From contig CAVSPQ010000005.1 in the NCBI GenBank assembly GCA_963730045.1, positions 3,811 through 67,810 of the forward strand: a stretch of DNA of 64,000 bases, written 5' to 3'. Position numbers and translations under genes: made by a program. The notes beneath the pieces were generated by a model. That model did not search any database, was not told where the DNA came from, and was given only the letters and a program-made list of their open reading frames with translations. Of the stretch, positions 1 through 16,160 are shown piece after piece. Position 1 is the first letter of the stretch; every line of letters begins with the position of its first letter. Source of the DNA: an uncultured Actinomycetota bacterium (lineage in GTDB: Bacteria; Actinomycetota; Actinomycetes; Actinomycetales; Microbacteriaceae).

Positions 1-1641
1 GGCCCTCACCGGCGAGACCGGCGCGGGCAAGACCATGGTCGTCACCGCGCTCGGCCTGCTGCTCGGCGACCGCGCCGACAGCGGTGCGATCCGTTCGGGC
101 GCGACGCAGACCGTCGTCGAGGGCCACTGGGAGGTCGTCCGACACCGGTCCGGTCGCCGAACGGGTGCGCGACGCCGGCGGCGAACTCGACGGCGCGGCA
201 GGCGGTCGTGCGGCACTCGTGCTCGGCCGGTCGGTCGGCGCCGACGGCCGCAGTCGCGCCAACGTCGGCGGCCGCGCGGCTCCGGTCGGCGTGCTGAGCG
301 AGATCGGGCAGCACCTCGTCGTCGTGCACGGGCAGTCCGATCAGATCCGGCTCCGCTCGGCGACCGCGCAGCGCGAGGCGCTCGATCGCTACGCCGGACC
401 CGAGTTCGCCGTGCTGCTCGGCGACTACCAGGAGGTCTTCCGGCGCTGGCAGACCCAGCAGGGCGAGCTCGACGTGCTCGTCGCCGAACGGGATCGGCGC
501 ACCCGCGAGGCCGAAGACCTGCGACAGGCGATGGACGAGATCGAGGCCGCCGCACCGCAGCGCGGCGAAGACGCCGAACTCGCCGAGCGCGCCGAGCGTC
601 TCACGAACCTCGAAGACCTGCGGCTCGCCGCCGCCGAGGCGCAGGAGGCGATCTCGTCGCAGTCGCTGACCGACGGCACCGACGCGCTCGGCCTGATCGA
701 GTCCGCGCGCCGCGCCATCGACCGGGTCGCCGCGCACGATCCCGCGCTCGCCCCGATCGCCGAATCGCTGGCGGCCGCATCCTTCGCCGTCTCCGAGGTG
801 TCGGCCGAGCTGTCCAGCTATCTCGGCTCCCTCGACGCCGACGCCGGACGCGAACTCGAGACGCTGCAGGAGCGCCGGTCCCAGCTCGGCGGACTGATGC
901 GGCGCTACGGACCGACCCTCGACGACGTCGTCGACTATCTCGAGTCGGGCAGCTCGCGGCTCGTCGAACTCGACAGCGACGCCGACCGCATCGAGACGCT
1001 CGGCGCCGAGGTCGCGGCCGACCGCGCCCGGCTCGACGAGCTCGCCGACCCAGCTCACCGCAGCGCCGCACCGACGCCGCCGAGCGGCTCTCGGCCGCCG
1101 TCACCGCCGAGCTCGGCGCGCTCGCCATGCCCGACGCCCGCCTCACGATCGAGGTGAGCGAGACCGAGCTGACGCTCACCGGACGCGACCAGGTCGCCAT
1201 CCTGCTGCAGCCGCACGTCGGCACGCGAGCCGCGGCCGCTGGCGCGCGGCGCGTCCGGGCGGCGAGCTCTCGCGGGTGATGCTCGCCATCGAGGTCGTCC
1301 TCGCCGCGACCGATCCGGTGCCGACGTTCGTCTTCGACGAGGTGGATGCCGGGGTCGGCGGGGCGAGCGCGACCGAGGTGGGCAAGCGGCTGGCCCGGCT
1401 CGCCCGCAGCGCCCAGGTCATCGTCGTCACGCACCTCGCCCAGGTCGCGGCGTTCTCGAACAACCACCTCGTCGTCGAGAAGGGCAGCGACGGCGCCGTC
1501 ACCACGAGCAGCGTGCGCCTGGTGCACGCCGACGAACGCGCCGCCGAGATGGCGCGCCTGCTCAGCGGCTCGCCCGAGTCCGAGTCCGCGCTGACGCACG
1601 CGCGCGAGCTGCTCGAGGCGGCCCACGGCCGCTGGGAGTAG
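1..1641 (+). CDS. recN: DNA repair protein RecN (5' end outside window); apparent frameshifts near 150, 1050 and 1270
   Basis: Frames stitched: LTGETGAGKTMVVTALGLLLG (Walker A) ... HGQSDQIRL ... LTIEVSETELTLTGRDQV ... FDEVDAGVGG ... VIVVTHLAQVAAF ... stop at 1641; SMC-like RecN hallmarks. Confidence 0.85.
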
Positions 1642-1727
1642 CAAGAGCGCAGCCGACGAGCGCCAAGTGGCATCGAGTTCGGCGCGTCCCGGCGGCAACC
1701 CTGCTGCGTGCGATACGATGAAACCCC

Positions 1728-3507
<1,780 letters not shown>

Positions 3508-3509
3508 GC

Positions 3510-4077
3510 GTGGCCGAGCCGCTGCGCGATTCGCCCGGATCCGGCGACAGATCCTCGATGCCGCGACGGTCTTCGAGGGCAAGGTCTGGGACGTCAACCG
3601 CGAGACCGCCGAATTCGGCGGCGGCACGATCACGCGCGAGTACGTCGCGCACACGGCGCGGTCGCGGTGCTCGCGATCGACGACCAGGAACGGGTGCTGC
3701 TGATCAACCAGTACCGGCAGCCGATCCGCACCCGCGACTGGGAGATCCCGGCCGGCCTGCTCGACGTCGAGGGCGAGTCGCCCCTGCTCGCCGCGCAAGC
3801 GCGAGCTCGCCGAAGAGGCCGACCTCGTCGCCGCCGAGTGGAGCGATCCGCTCACGTTCCACACCTCGCCGGGCGGCAGCGACGAGGTCATCCACCTGTT
3901 CGAGGCGCGCGGCCTCGCCGCCGCGCCGGCCGTGCACGACTCGCACGGACGAGGAGGCCGAGATCGTGCTGCGCTGGGTGTCCGCTCGACGAGGCGATCG
4001 AAGCGGTGCTCGACGGACGGCTGCACAACGCCATCCTGATGATCGCCTTGCTGGCCGCCCATGCCCGTCGCGGCTGA
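3510..4077 (+). CDS. NUDIX hydrolase (ADP-ribose pyrophosphatase-like); >=3 apparent frameshifts
   Basis: [29 protein letters not shown] ... [31 protein letters not shown] ... (Nudix box region) ... [25 protein letters not shown]; GTG start right after pyrG stop; same position as Rv1700. Confidence 0.7.
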
Positions 4078-4079
4078 GC

Positions 4080-4996
4080 AGGGACGCGGACCTCGAGCGA
4101 CAGCTCGACCGCTACCTGCGGCACGTCGCGATCGAGCGGGGTCGGTCGGCCAACACCGTCGCCGCGTACCGCCGCGACCTCACCGCGCTGCTCGACGCGT
4201 TCGGCGGCACCGCCGCGCTGAGCGCGCTCGACCCCGCCACCCTGGCCGCCTACGTGCGCGGCCTGCGCGAGCGCCCGGAGCCGCTCGCGGCGTCGTCGAT
4301 CGCGCGCACCATCTCGTCGATCCGCGGGTTCACCGGCTTCCTCGTCGACGAGGGGCTGCTCGAGACCGACCCGGCCGTCGACCTGGTGGCCCCGAAGCAG
4401 CCGGCGCGCCTGCCCAAGGCGCTCACGATCGAGCAGGTCGAGCAGCTGCTCGCCGCCACCGACGGCGACGAGCCCGCCGCGCTGCGCGACAAGGCGCTGG
4501 TCGAGCTGCTCTACGCGACGGGCGCCCGCATCTCGGAGGCCGTCGCGCTCAACGTCGACGACCTGATCGGCGACGACGGCACGGCCGACGTCGTGCGGCT
4601 GTTCGGCAAGGGCGGCAAGCAGCGCATCGTGCCGGTCGGCAGCTACGCGCGCGCGGCACTGGATGCCTACCTGGTGCGCGCGCGACCGGTGCTGTCCACG
4701 CGCGGCCGGGCGACGCCGGCGCTGTTCCTCGGGCGTGCGCGGCTCGCGTCTCTCGCGACAGAACGCCTGGCTGCTCCTGCGCGCCGCCGCCGAGCGCGCG
4801 AAGCTCGACGTCGAGCTGTCGCCGCACAGCATGCGGCATTCGTTCGCGACCCACCTGCTGCAGGGCGGAGCCGACGTGCGGGTCGTGCAGGAGCTGCTCG
4901 GCCACGCGAGCGTCGCGACCACGCAGATCTACACGCGGGTCACCGCCGACGCCCTGCGCGACGTCTACGTCGACGTCGCACCCGCGGGCGCGCTGA
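4080..4996 (+). CDS. xerD: Tyrosine recombinase XerD; frameshifts near 4770 and 4980
   Basis: [30 protein letters not shown] ... [16 protein letters not shown] ... [39 protein letters not shown] ... HPRAR* (RHRH/Y catalytic motifs). Confidence 0.85.
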
Positions 4997-5081
4997 GCCC
5001 TGCGACTCGAGCCGGCAACCCTCAACCTCTGCTTGACGCGTGGCGCGGGGAGCCCTCGGGGTCGCCACGTACACTCGGGGC

Positions 5082-5973
5082 ATGTCAGTGCAGCGCGAGG
5101 ATGTGACCGAGCTGCCGGGGATGGAACCACCCGTGCTCGGACCGACCGGGCGCCCGCTGACCGACTTCGCGATGCCGCCGATCCTCGAATCGCACGGTCC
5201 CGCGCGCATCGTCGCCCTCTGCAACCAGAAGGGCGGCGTCGGCAAGACGACGACCACGATCAACCTGGGCGCGACGCTCGCCGAGTACGGCCGCAAGGTG
5301 CTCGCCGTCGACTTCGACCCGCAGGGCGCGCTGACCGCCGGTCTCGGCGTGCCAGTCCCACGACGTGGTGACCATCTACGACCTGCTGCTCGGCACGACG
5401 AAGGATGTCGCGCGAGGCGATCCACCACACCGGCGACGACCGGGCTCGACGTCATCCCGGCCAACATCGACCTCGTCGGCCGCCGAGGTGCACCTCGTCA
5501 ACGAGGTCGCGCGCGAGCAGATCCTGGCGCGGGTGCTGCGACCGGTCGCCGCCGACTACGACGTCATCCTGATCGACTGCCAGCCGTCGCTCGGCCTGCT
5601 GACCGTCAACGCGCTGACCGCCGCGCACGGCGTGCTCATCCCGCTCGAGCTGGAGTTCTTCGCCCTGCGCGGCGTCGCCCTGCTCGTCGAGACGATCGAG
5701 AAGGTGCGCGACCGGCTGAACCCGGCGATCGAGCTCGACGGCATCCTGGCCACCATGTACGACCCGCGCACGCTGCACTCGCGCGAGGTGCTCGAGCGGG
5801 TCGTCGAGGCCTTCGGCGACCAGGTGCTCGAGACCGTGATCGGTCGCACCGTGAAGTTCCCGGATGCGTCGGTCGCCGCCGCGCCGATCACCACGTTCGC
5901 GCCCGACCACTCGGCCGCCGAGGCGTACCGCCAACTGGCGAGAGAGCTGATCGCACGTGGCGCCGTCGCCTGA
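5082..5973 (+). CDS. parA: ParA/Soj-family chromosome partitioning ATPase (Rv1708-like); ~3 apparent frameshifts
   Basis: Deviant Walker [22 protein letters not shown]; [10 protein letters not shown]; [17 protein letters not shown]; C-terminus ...[16 protein letters not shown]. Confidence 0.8.
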
Positions 5974-6000
5974 CGGCGAGGGCGCGGAAGGCGGTCGCTG

Positions 6001-6812
6001 GTGGCACCGCGCCGTCGCCCGCCGATCCGACGCACCGGTTTCCGCCTCACCCTCTCCAACTTCGACGGCCCGTTCGACCTGCTCGTCACCCTGATCGCGA
6101 AGCACGATCTCGACATCACCGAGATCGCGCTGAGCGTCGTCACGAACGAGTTCCTCTCCTACCTGCGCGACCTCGACTCCGACGAGGAGCTCGATCAGGC
6201 GAGCGAGTTCCTCGTGGTCGCCGCCACCCTGCTCGACCTCAAGGTCGCGGGGCTGCTGCCGCAGGGCGAACTGGTCGACGCCGACGACGTCGCCCTGCTC
6301 GAGGCGCGCGACCTGCTGTTCGCCCGCCTGCTGCAGTACCGCGCGTTCAAGGAGGCGGCGCACGTGGGTCTCGACGCGGCTCGACGCCGAGTCGACGCGC
6401 CACTACCGCTCGGTGCGGCTCGAGGAGAAGTACCGCAAGCAGACGCCCGAACTGGTCTGGACGCTCAGCCTCGACGACTTCGCCGCGCTCGCGCTGCTGG
6501 CCTTCGCGCCGCGCGAGATCCCCATGGTGGGGACTGGACCATCTGCACGCGCCGCTGGTCAGCATCCGGGAGCAGGCCGCGCACGTCGTCGCGATGCTGC
6601 GCGGCGGCGAGCCGATGAACTTCCGCGCGCTGATCGCCGGCGCCGAGGTGACGGGCGTGATCGTGGCCCGCTTCCTCGCGGTGCTCGAGCTGTATCGGCA
6701 CGCCGCGATCTCGTTCGAGCAGATCGAACCGCTCGGAGAACTGACCCTGCGCTGGACGGCCGGTCACTGGACCGACGATCAGCTGGCCAATCTGGGAGCC
6801 GACTATGAGTGA
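6001..6812 (+). CDS. scpA: Segregation and condensation protein A; frameshift near 6390
   Basis: FRLTLSNFDGPFDLLVTLIAKHDLDITEIALSVVTNEFLSYL ... LLQYRAFKEAA ... FRALIAGAEVTGVIVARFLAVLELYRHAAISFEQ. Confidence 0.8.
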
Positions 6813-7447
6813 CTGAGACCACCGACGACCGAGACGACCGAGACCGACCGAGACGCCGGCCCGAGGCGACCGGCCGGCACCGGTCGTCGACGTCGAGCGC
6901 GCCCTCGAGGCGATCCTCATGGTCGCCGACGAGCCGCAGAGCGTCGTCTCGCTCGCGACCGTGCATCGGCGTCCCGGTGCCCGCGGTGCGGCAGTCGATC
7001 GAGCGTCTCGTCGCCGACTACGACGGCGACCGACGGCGCGATCCGGCGCGGGTTCGAGCTGCGCGAGGTCGGCGGCGGCTGGCGCCTCTACGTGCGCCCC
7101 GAGCACGACGACGTCGTCCGCGAGTTCGTGCTGACCCAGAATCCGACGAAGCTGTCGCAGGCGGCGCTCGAGACGCTGTCGGTGATCGCCTACAAGCAGC
7201 CGATCTCGCGCGGCGCGATCGCGTCGATCCGCGCCGTCAACGTCGACTCGGTCGTGCGCACGCTGCTCGGCCGCGGCCTCATCACCGAGGCGTACACCGA
7301 CAGCGAGACCGGCGCGATCCACTACGAGACCACCGATCTGCTGCTGACCCAGCTCGGGCATCAACTCGATCGACGAGCTGCCGCAAGATCTCGCCCCTGC
7401 TGTCGGACGGCGTGGACGGTTTCGAGGACATCGTCGCAGCGCGATGA
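6809..7447 (+). CDS. scpB: Segregation and condensation protein B; >=4 apparent frameshifts; low-complexity acidic/Arg N-terminus
   Basis: ALEAILMVADEPQSVVSLATA.GVPVPAVRQSIERLVADYDGD ... GFELREVGGGWRLYVRPEHDDVVREFVLTQNPTKLSQAALETLSVIAYKQPISRGAIASIRAVNVDSVVRTLLGRGLI ... ELPQDLAPLLSDGVDGFEDIVAAR*. Confidence 0.75.
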   Translation: MTETTDDRDDRDRPRRRPEATGRHRSSTSSAPSRRSSWSPTSRRASSRSRPCIGVPVPAVRQSIERLVADYDGDRRRDPARVRAARGRRRLAPLRAPRARRRRPRVRADPESDEAVAGGARDAVGDRLQAADLARRDRVDPRRQRRLGRAHAARPRPHHRGVHRQRDRRDPLRDHRSAADPARASTRSTSCRKISPLLSDGVDGFEDIVAAR

Positions 7448-8254
7448 GCGGCTCCGACAGGCCGACCGGTCGACCGAGGGCGAGCGCCTGCAGAAGGTGC
7501 TCGCGGCGGCCGGCGTCGCATCCCGGCGGGTGAGCGAGCAGTACATCGTCGACGGGCGGGTCAGCGTCAACGGCGAGGTCGTGACCGAGCTCGGCCGCCG
7601 GGTCGACCCGGCCGCCGACGAGGTCGCCGTCGACGGCATCGCCGTGCAGCTCGACCCCGAGCAAGCGCTACGTGATGCTGAACAAGCCGACCGGCGTCGT
7701 CAGCTCGATGAAGGACGAGAAGGGCCGCCCCGACCTGCAGCGAGTTCACCGCCGAGTACGAGGAACGGCTGTTCAACGTCGGCCGGCTCGACGCCGACAC
7801 GAGCGGGCTGCTGCTGCTCACCAACGACGGCGAGATCGCGCACGTGCTCGCGCACCCGTCGTTCGGGGTCACGAAGACCTACATCGCGACCGTGCGCGGG
7901 GTGGCGACCCCCGCCATCCTGCGCACGCCTCGAGAAGGGCATCGAGCTGGAGGACGGGCCGATCGCCGCCGACCGCGCCCGGATCGTGGGCGAGGCGTCG
8001 AAGGACCGCACGATCGTCGAGATCACCCTGCATTCGGGTCGCAACCGCATCGTGCGCCGCATGCTGGACGCGCGTCGGGCATCCGGTGCTCGAGCTCGTG
8101 CGGCGGCAGTTCGGGCCGCTGCACCTCGGCACCCTCGGCGCGGGACGCGCCCGCGACCTCACTAAGGTGGAACTCGGCCAATTGCTGACCATCGCCCGCG
8201 CCGGGCGCGATGCGACGCGCGATGACCGCAGACCCCGAGGATCGCCCCGAATGA
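7447..8254 (+). CDS. rluB: 23S rRNA pseudouridine synthase (RluB/RsuA family) with S4 domain; several frameshifts
   Basis: GERLQKVLAAAGVASRRVSEQYIVDGRVSVNGEVV (S4) ... KRYVMLNKPTGVVSSMKDEKGRPDL ... FNVGRLDADTSGLLLLTNDGEIAHVLAHPSFGVTKTYIATVRG ... IVEITLHSGRNRIVRRMLDAVGHPVLELVRRQFGPLHLG. Confidence 0.8.
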
Positions 8255-9350
8255 ACGACCGCCGACTCGCGGAGCAGGTGCGCATCGTCGGCAGCGGTCT
8301 CCTCGGCGCCAGCATCGGTCTCGGTCTGCGCGCACACGGCGTCGACGTCATCGTCGACGACGCGTCGCCCTCGGCCCGCAACCTCGCGATCGCCTACGGC
8401 GCCGGTCGTGCGCCGGCCGCCGACGACGCGCCCGGCCTGATCGTGGTCGCCGTGCCGCCCGACGTGACGGCCGATGTGGTGGCGGCCGAGCTCGCCCGGT
8501 ACCCGGATGCCCTGGTCACCGATGTCGCGAGCGTCAAGGTCGCGCCGCTCGACGAGCTGCGATCCCGCGGCGCCGACCTCGTCGCGGTACCTCGGCACCC
8601 ATCCGATGGCGGGGCGCGAGCGCGGGGGAGCGGTCTCGGCCCGCGCCGACCTGTTCACCGGCCGCCCCTGGATCGTCGCCGGCCACGACGGCATCAGCTA
8701 CCGCCGCGCCGCGCCGATCGAGCACATGATCCTCGACCTCGGCGCCGTGCCGATCGAGATGGACGCCGCACGACCACGATCGCAGCGTCGCGCTGGTCTC
8801 GCACGCGCCGCAGCTCGTCGCGTCGCTGCTCGCCGCCCGGCTGCGCGACGGATCGGCGGCCGCGCTCGGGCTCGCGGGACAGGGCCTGCGCGACACGACC
8901 CGCATCGCGTCGAGCGACCCGGCGCTCTGGGTGCAGATCCTCGGGCGCCAACGCTCCGGCGGTCGCCGAGGTGCTGCGCCCGCTGCGCGACGATCTCGAC
9001 GCCGTGCTGGCCGCCCTCGATGCGCCCGACGAGCCCGCAGTCGCGCCGCGTGCTCGCCGACGTGCTCGCAGCCGGCAACGACGGCGTCTCGCGCATCCCC
9101 GGCAAGCACGGGCAGGACAAGCGCTACACCGTCGCTCGTCGTGAAGATCGACGACAAGCCGGGAGAACTGGCGCGCCTGCTCACCGAGATCGGCGAGGAG
9201 AAGCGTCAACATGGAGGACCTGCGCCTCGAGCACTCGCCCGAGACGCAAGGTCGGGTTCGCCGAGATCTCGGTGCTGCCCGAGAAGGCGCACCGCGCTCG
9301 CCGCGGCGCTCGAGACGCGCGGCTGGACGCTGATGGAGGCCGAGCGATGA
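8251..9350 (+). CDS. tyrA: Prephenate dehydrogenase with C-terminal ACT domain; several frameshifts
   Basis: NAD-binding [17 protein letters not shown] ... [11 protein letters not shown] ... [11 protein letters not shown] ... [32 protein letters not shown] ... [19 protein letters not shown]. Confidence 0.75.
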
Positions 9351-10018
9351 GCACCGGTCCCCGTCGTCGTCGCGGTCGACGGACCCGCCGGCAGCGGCAA
9401 GTCGAGCGTGAGCAAGGCGGCGTCGCGCGCCCTCGGCTACGCCTACCTCGACACCGGCGCCGCCTACCGCGCGCTGACCTGGGTCGCGCTCGAGAACGGC
9501 GTCGACACCGCCGACGCCGACGAGGTCGTCGAGCTGCTCGACGACTTCCCGTACGCGACCGAGCTCGGCGACGACGGCACGATCGTGCGGGTCGGCGAGA
9601 TCGACGTCACGCACGAGATCCGCGAGCCGCGGGTCAGCGCGGTCGTCAGCGACATCGCCGCATTCCGGAGGTGCGGGTCGCGCTGAACGACGCGTTCCGG
9701 CGGCATGATCGCCGCGCACCGACGGCGCCCGGAATCGTGGTCGAGGGCCGGGACATCACGACGGTCGTCGCCCCGGATGCCCCGGTCCGCATCCTGTTGA
9801 CCGCCGACGAAGCGGTTAGGATTGCCAGGCGCTCCGCCGAACTCGCGCCCGACGCCGCCTCCACGGCGGACCAACTGCGCGAGCGAGACAGGCGGGACGC
9901 CCAGGTGGTCGACTTCATGACCGCGGCGCCCGGCGTCACGACGATCGACTCGACCGACCTCGACTTCGACCAGACGGTGGAGGCGGTGGTGCGACCTGGT
10001 GCAGCGCACCACCACTGA
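9347..10018 (+). CDS. cmk: Cytidylate kinase; frameshift just after the start and near 9670
   Basis: P-loop [41 protein letters not shown] ... [28 protein letters not shown]; conserved position between tyrA and der (Rv1712). Confidence 0.75.
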   Translation: MSTGPRRRRGRRTRRQRQVEREQGGVARPRLRLPRHRRRLPRADLGRARERRRHRRRRRGRRAARRLPVRDRARRRRHDRAGRRDRRHARDPRAAGQRGRQRHRRIPEVRVALNDAFRRHDRRAPTAPGIVVEGRDITTVVAPDAPVRILLTADEAVRIARRSAELAPDAASTADQLRERDRRDAQVVDFMTAAPGVTTIDSTDLDFDQTVEAVVRPGAAHHH

Positions 10019-10032
10019 CTGACAGGAACACC

Positions 10033-11568
10033 ATGACCGACGAGCGACGAGCTCGACGCAGCCGACGACGAGATGACGATCGGCGACGAGCTCGACCCGG
10101 CACTCGCCGAGCGCCTCGACGCCCTCGACGACGCCGAGGCCGAGCAGCGCGCCGCGAGCCTGCGCGCCGGACTCGCCGACTACGACCTCGACGACGAGGA
10201 CCTCGGCCTGCTCGAGGCCGCCGCCGAGGGTCCCGACGGCATCACCTACCTGCCGGCTCTGCCGGTGCTCGCGATCGTCGGCCGGCCGAACGTCGGCAAG
10301 TCGGCGCTCGTCAACCGCATCCTGGGTCGTCGCGAGGCCGTCGTCGAGGACACCCCCGGCGTCACGCGCGACCGGGTGACCTACAAGTCCGAATGGCTCG
10401 GACGTCGCTTCACCGTCGTCGACACCGGCGGCTGGGAGCCCGACGCCCAGGGCATCAACGCCTCGGTCGCCGCGCAGGCCGAGGTCGCCGTCGACCTCGC
10501 CGACGCCGTGCTGTTCGTCGTCGACATCAACGTGGGCGCGACGGCGACCGACGAGCACGTCGTGAAGATGCTGCGCGCGTCGAAGCGGCCCGTCATCCTG
10601 GTCGCCAACAAGGCCGACGACGCGATCCGCGATCCGCAGGCCGCCGAGCTGTGGAGCCTCGGGCTCGGCGAGCCGTGGCCGGTCTCGGCCCTGCACGGCC
10701 GCGGCGTCGCCGACCTGCTCGACCACGTCATGACCGTGCTGCCGGAGGTCTCGGCCGTCGCCAAGGACGAGATCGGCGGACCGCGCCGCGTCGCGATCAT
10801 CGGGCGCCCCAACGTCGGCAAGAGCTCGCTGCTCAACAAGGCGGTCGGCGAGGAGCGCGTCGTCGTCAACGAGATCGCCGGCACGACCCGCGACCCGGTC
10901 GACGAGCAGGTCGAGCTCGCCGGCAAGATCTGGACGTTCGTCGACACCGCCGGCATCCGCAAGCGCGTGCACCTGCAGCAGGGCGCCGACTTCTACGCGT
11001 CGCTGCGCACCAGCGCCGCGCTCGAGAAGGCCGAGGTCGCGGTCGTCGTGCTCGACGTCACCGAGCCGGTGTCGGTGCAGGACCTGCGCATCATCGACCT
11101 CGTGCTCGAGAGCGGCCGCGCGCTCGTGCTCGCCTACAACAAGTGGGATCTGCTCGACGACGAACGCCGCCGCTGGCTCGAGCGCGAGATCGAAGAGGAC
11201 CTGGCGCACGTGACGTGGGCGCCGCGGGTGAACATCTCCGCGCGCACCGGGCGCCACCTCGAGAAGCTCGTTCCGGCGCTCGAGGTCGCGCTCGACAGCT
11301 GGGACACCCGCATCCCGACCGGCAAGCTCAACGCGCTCATCGCCGAGCTCACCGCCGAGCACCCGCACCCGGTGCGCGGCGGCAAGCAGCCCCGCATCCT
11401 GTTCGGCACGCAGGCGTCGACCCGCCCGCCGACGTTCGTGCTGTTCACGACCGGATTCCTCGACCCGCAGTACCGCCGCTTCATCACCGCGCCGACTGCG
11501 CGAGGTCTACGGCTTCGAGGGCACGCCGATCGTCGTCAACATGCGGGTGCGCGAGAAGCGCAAGCGCT
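10033..11568 (+). CDS. der: Ribosome-associated GTPase Der/EngA (tandem GTPase + KH-like); frameshifts near 10060 and 11490
   Basis: Two GTPase domains: [20 protein letters not shown] ... DTGGWEP and [26 protein letters not shown] ... DTAGIRKR; C-terminus ...[17 protein letters not shown]. Confidence 0.9.
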
Positions 11569-11606
11569 GAGTCTGGCGCCGGGGCGCCCAGGTAGAGGCT
11601 GGACGC

Positions 11607-12030
11607 ATGACAGCGATCCTGAATCCCTACCTGCACTTCCGCGACACCGCCCGCGAGGCGATCGAGTTCTACCAGTCCGTCTTCGGCGGCGACCTCGACA
11701 TCATGACGTTCGCCGAGAACGGGCGACCCGTATCCGGGCGAGGGCGACAAGGTCATGCACGCGCAGACTCGAGACCCCGAGCGGCTTCACGCTGATGGCG
11801 TCCGATGCACGCCAGCACCACTGGAACACGAGCGCGGCGAGAACATCTTCTCGGTCTCGCTCAGCGGCGCCAAGGGCGACGACGCGGAGCTGCGCGGCTA
11901 CTGGGACAAGCTCACCGTCGGCGGCACGGTGACGCAGCCGCTCGAGACGGCGCCGTGGGGCGCGACGTTCGGCATGCTGATCGACGCGTTCGGCGTCATG
12001 TGGCTGGTCAACATCAGCGCCGACGACTGA
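11607..12030 (+). CDS. VOC/glyoxalase-bleomycin-resistance family protein (PhnB-like); 2 apparent frameshifts
   Basis: [35 protein letters not shown] ... [19 protein letters not shown] ... [26 protein letters not shown] ... [21 protein letters not shown]. Confidence 0.6.
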
Positions 12031-12762
12031 GTGGCCGACCAGGCGACCTCGTTCGGCGCGGCAGGCCGGCGAGTACGACCGCGCGCGCCCGGAGTATCCG
12101 GCCGAGGCGGTGGCGCTGGATGCTGCCCGCCGGCGCGCGCGGACGTGGCGGATGTCGGGGCCGGCACCGGCAAGCTGACGTCCGGTCTGCGTGGCCGAGG
12201 GGCACGACGTCGTCGCGATCGATCCCGACCCGCAGATGCTGGCGCGGCTCTCGGAGCGGCTCCCCGGCATCCCGACCCTGATCGGGACGGGGGAGTCGCT
12301 GCCGCTGCCGGACGCGTCGATGGATGCCGTGACGTTCGGGCAGGCGTGGCACTGGGTCGACCCGCCGCGGCGTCGCCCGAGGTCGCGCGGGTGCTGCGAC
12401 CCGGCGGGACGCTCGGGCTGTTCTGGAACCTGCGCGACGAGTCCGTCGCCTGGGTGCGCGAGCTGAGCGAGGTCATGCACCCGAGCGACGCCGAGGATGC
12501 TGATCGCCGAGGGCGGCCGGTCGTGGTCGCCGAGCCGTTCGGGCCGCCCGAGCACGCGACGTTCGACTGGTCGGCGACGTTCGACGTCGACGGGCTCGTC
12601 GATCTGGCCGCGTCGCGCAGCTACGTCATCACGGCGACGCCCGAGCGTCGGGCCGAGATCCTGGATGGCGTGCGCGCCCTCGGCGAGCGGGTCGCCGACG
12701 CCGACGGCCGGGTCACGATGCCGTACCGCACCCACGTGTACCGCTACAGGGTCGTGCGGTAG
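12031..12762 (+). CDS. Class I SAM-dependent methyltransferase; >=3 apparent frameshifts
   Basis: Motif I ADVGAGTGKLTSGL ... HDVVAIDPDPQMLARL ... GTGESLPLPDASMDAVTFGQAWHWVD ... VLRPGGTLGLFWNLRDE. Confidence 0.6.
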   Translation: MADQATSFGAAGRRVRPRAPGVSGRGGGAGCCPPARADVADVGAGTGKLTSGLRGRGARRRRDRSRPADAGAALGAAPRHPDPDRDGGVAAAAGRVDGCRDVRAGVALGRPAAASPEVARVLRPGGTLGLFWNLRDESVAWVRELSEVMHPSDAEDADRRGRPVVVAEPFGPPEHATFDWSATFDVDGLVDLAASRSYVITATPERRAEILDGVRALGERVADADGRVTMPYRTHVYRYRVVR

Positions 12763-13237
12763 AACCGTTCGCCGGGGAAGGAGCCGTACGGCGGGTACAC
12801 GCTCGATGCGCTCGTAGCCGAGCGACTCGTAGAGGCCGTGCGCGGCTGGCTGCAGGCCGCCGGTCTGCAGCACCATCGTCTGGATGCCGGCCGCGCGGGC
12901 GCGGTCGTGCGAGGTCGAGCATCAGCGCTTCGAGAGGCCGCGCCCGCGGTAGTCGTCGGCGACGTAGACGCGTTTGACGTCCCACTCGGTCTCGGGGCGC
13001 GGGATCGACGGCCGTACCGCGCGCCGTCGCGACCGGCAGATCGTCGTCGAGCACGAGCAGCGTGACCGACGATCTCGTCCGGGTCGACGACGAGCGATCG
13101 CGCGGGCTGCCTCGCGAGGCCTCGGCGCGGTCGAGTTCGTCGAGTCGCGTGCGTGTAGATCGCGCCCGGTCTCGGCGAACAGGGCGGTGTGCAGCGTCGG
13201 TCGACGCGCGGGGTCGGTCCAGTCGACGATTCGGTCG

Positions 13238-13250
<13 letters not shown>
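12744..13250 (-). CDS. GNAT-family N-acetyltransferase (putative; frameshifted, N-terminus uncertain)
   Basis: [14 protein letters not shown] (motif A-like) ... [25 protein letters not shown]...[18 protein letters not shown]; 3' end overlaps the convergent methyltransferase. Confidence 0.4.
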
Positions 13251-15640
<2,390 letters not shown>

Positions 15641-15793
15641 TACCGAGGGCCGCCGACGCGGGTTGAGGAGGCGGCATGGGACGCGTTTCGAAACCGCTCG
15701 CATGCGCGCAACTTCGGCACAGGCGTACCACCGAGGACGCATGCGACCGGGGTGTACGCCTCTGCCGCATTGAGGAAGGACCAGGATGGACAG

Positions 15794-16160
15794 GTGACCG
15801 ACGCATGCCCCTGCGGTCCCCCCGCATACTCCGGATGCTGCGAGCCGCTTCACGAGGGAGCGCCGGCCCCAGCGCCGAGGCACTCATGCGCTCGAGATTC
15901 AGCGCCTTCGCGCTGGGGCTGGACGCGTACCTGCTGGCGACGTGGCATCCGTCGACCCGTCCGCAGACACTCGAGCTCGACCGCGACATCACCTGGCGAA
16001 GGCTGCAGATCGTCGACGTGACCGGGTGTGGTGGAGTTCCGCGCGTCGTACCGCGGGCCCGACGGAGCGGGAGCTGCTGCACGAGCGCAGCCGCTTCGTG
16101 CAGGAGGACGGCCGCTGGTTCTACGTCGACGGCGTCGAGGCGCGGTTCTTGCGTCGCTCG
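15794..16160 (+). CDS. YchJ-family (UPF0225) protein with SEC-C-type Cys motifs; frameshift near 16020; 3' end uncertain
   Basis: [77 protein letters not shown] ... [27 protein letters not shown]. Confidence 0.55.

Noticed and set aside
5040-6812. 590-aa ORF apparently fusing parA and scpA; likewise pyrG-NUDIX (2618-3703) and rsmH-ftsL (55208-57331) apparent fusions
   Set aside because: The neighbouring genes happen to share a frame after indels and the intervening stops fall in the other frame. Homology boundaries show they are separate genes.
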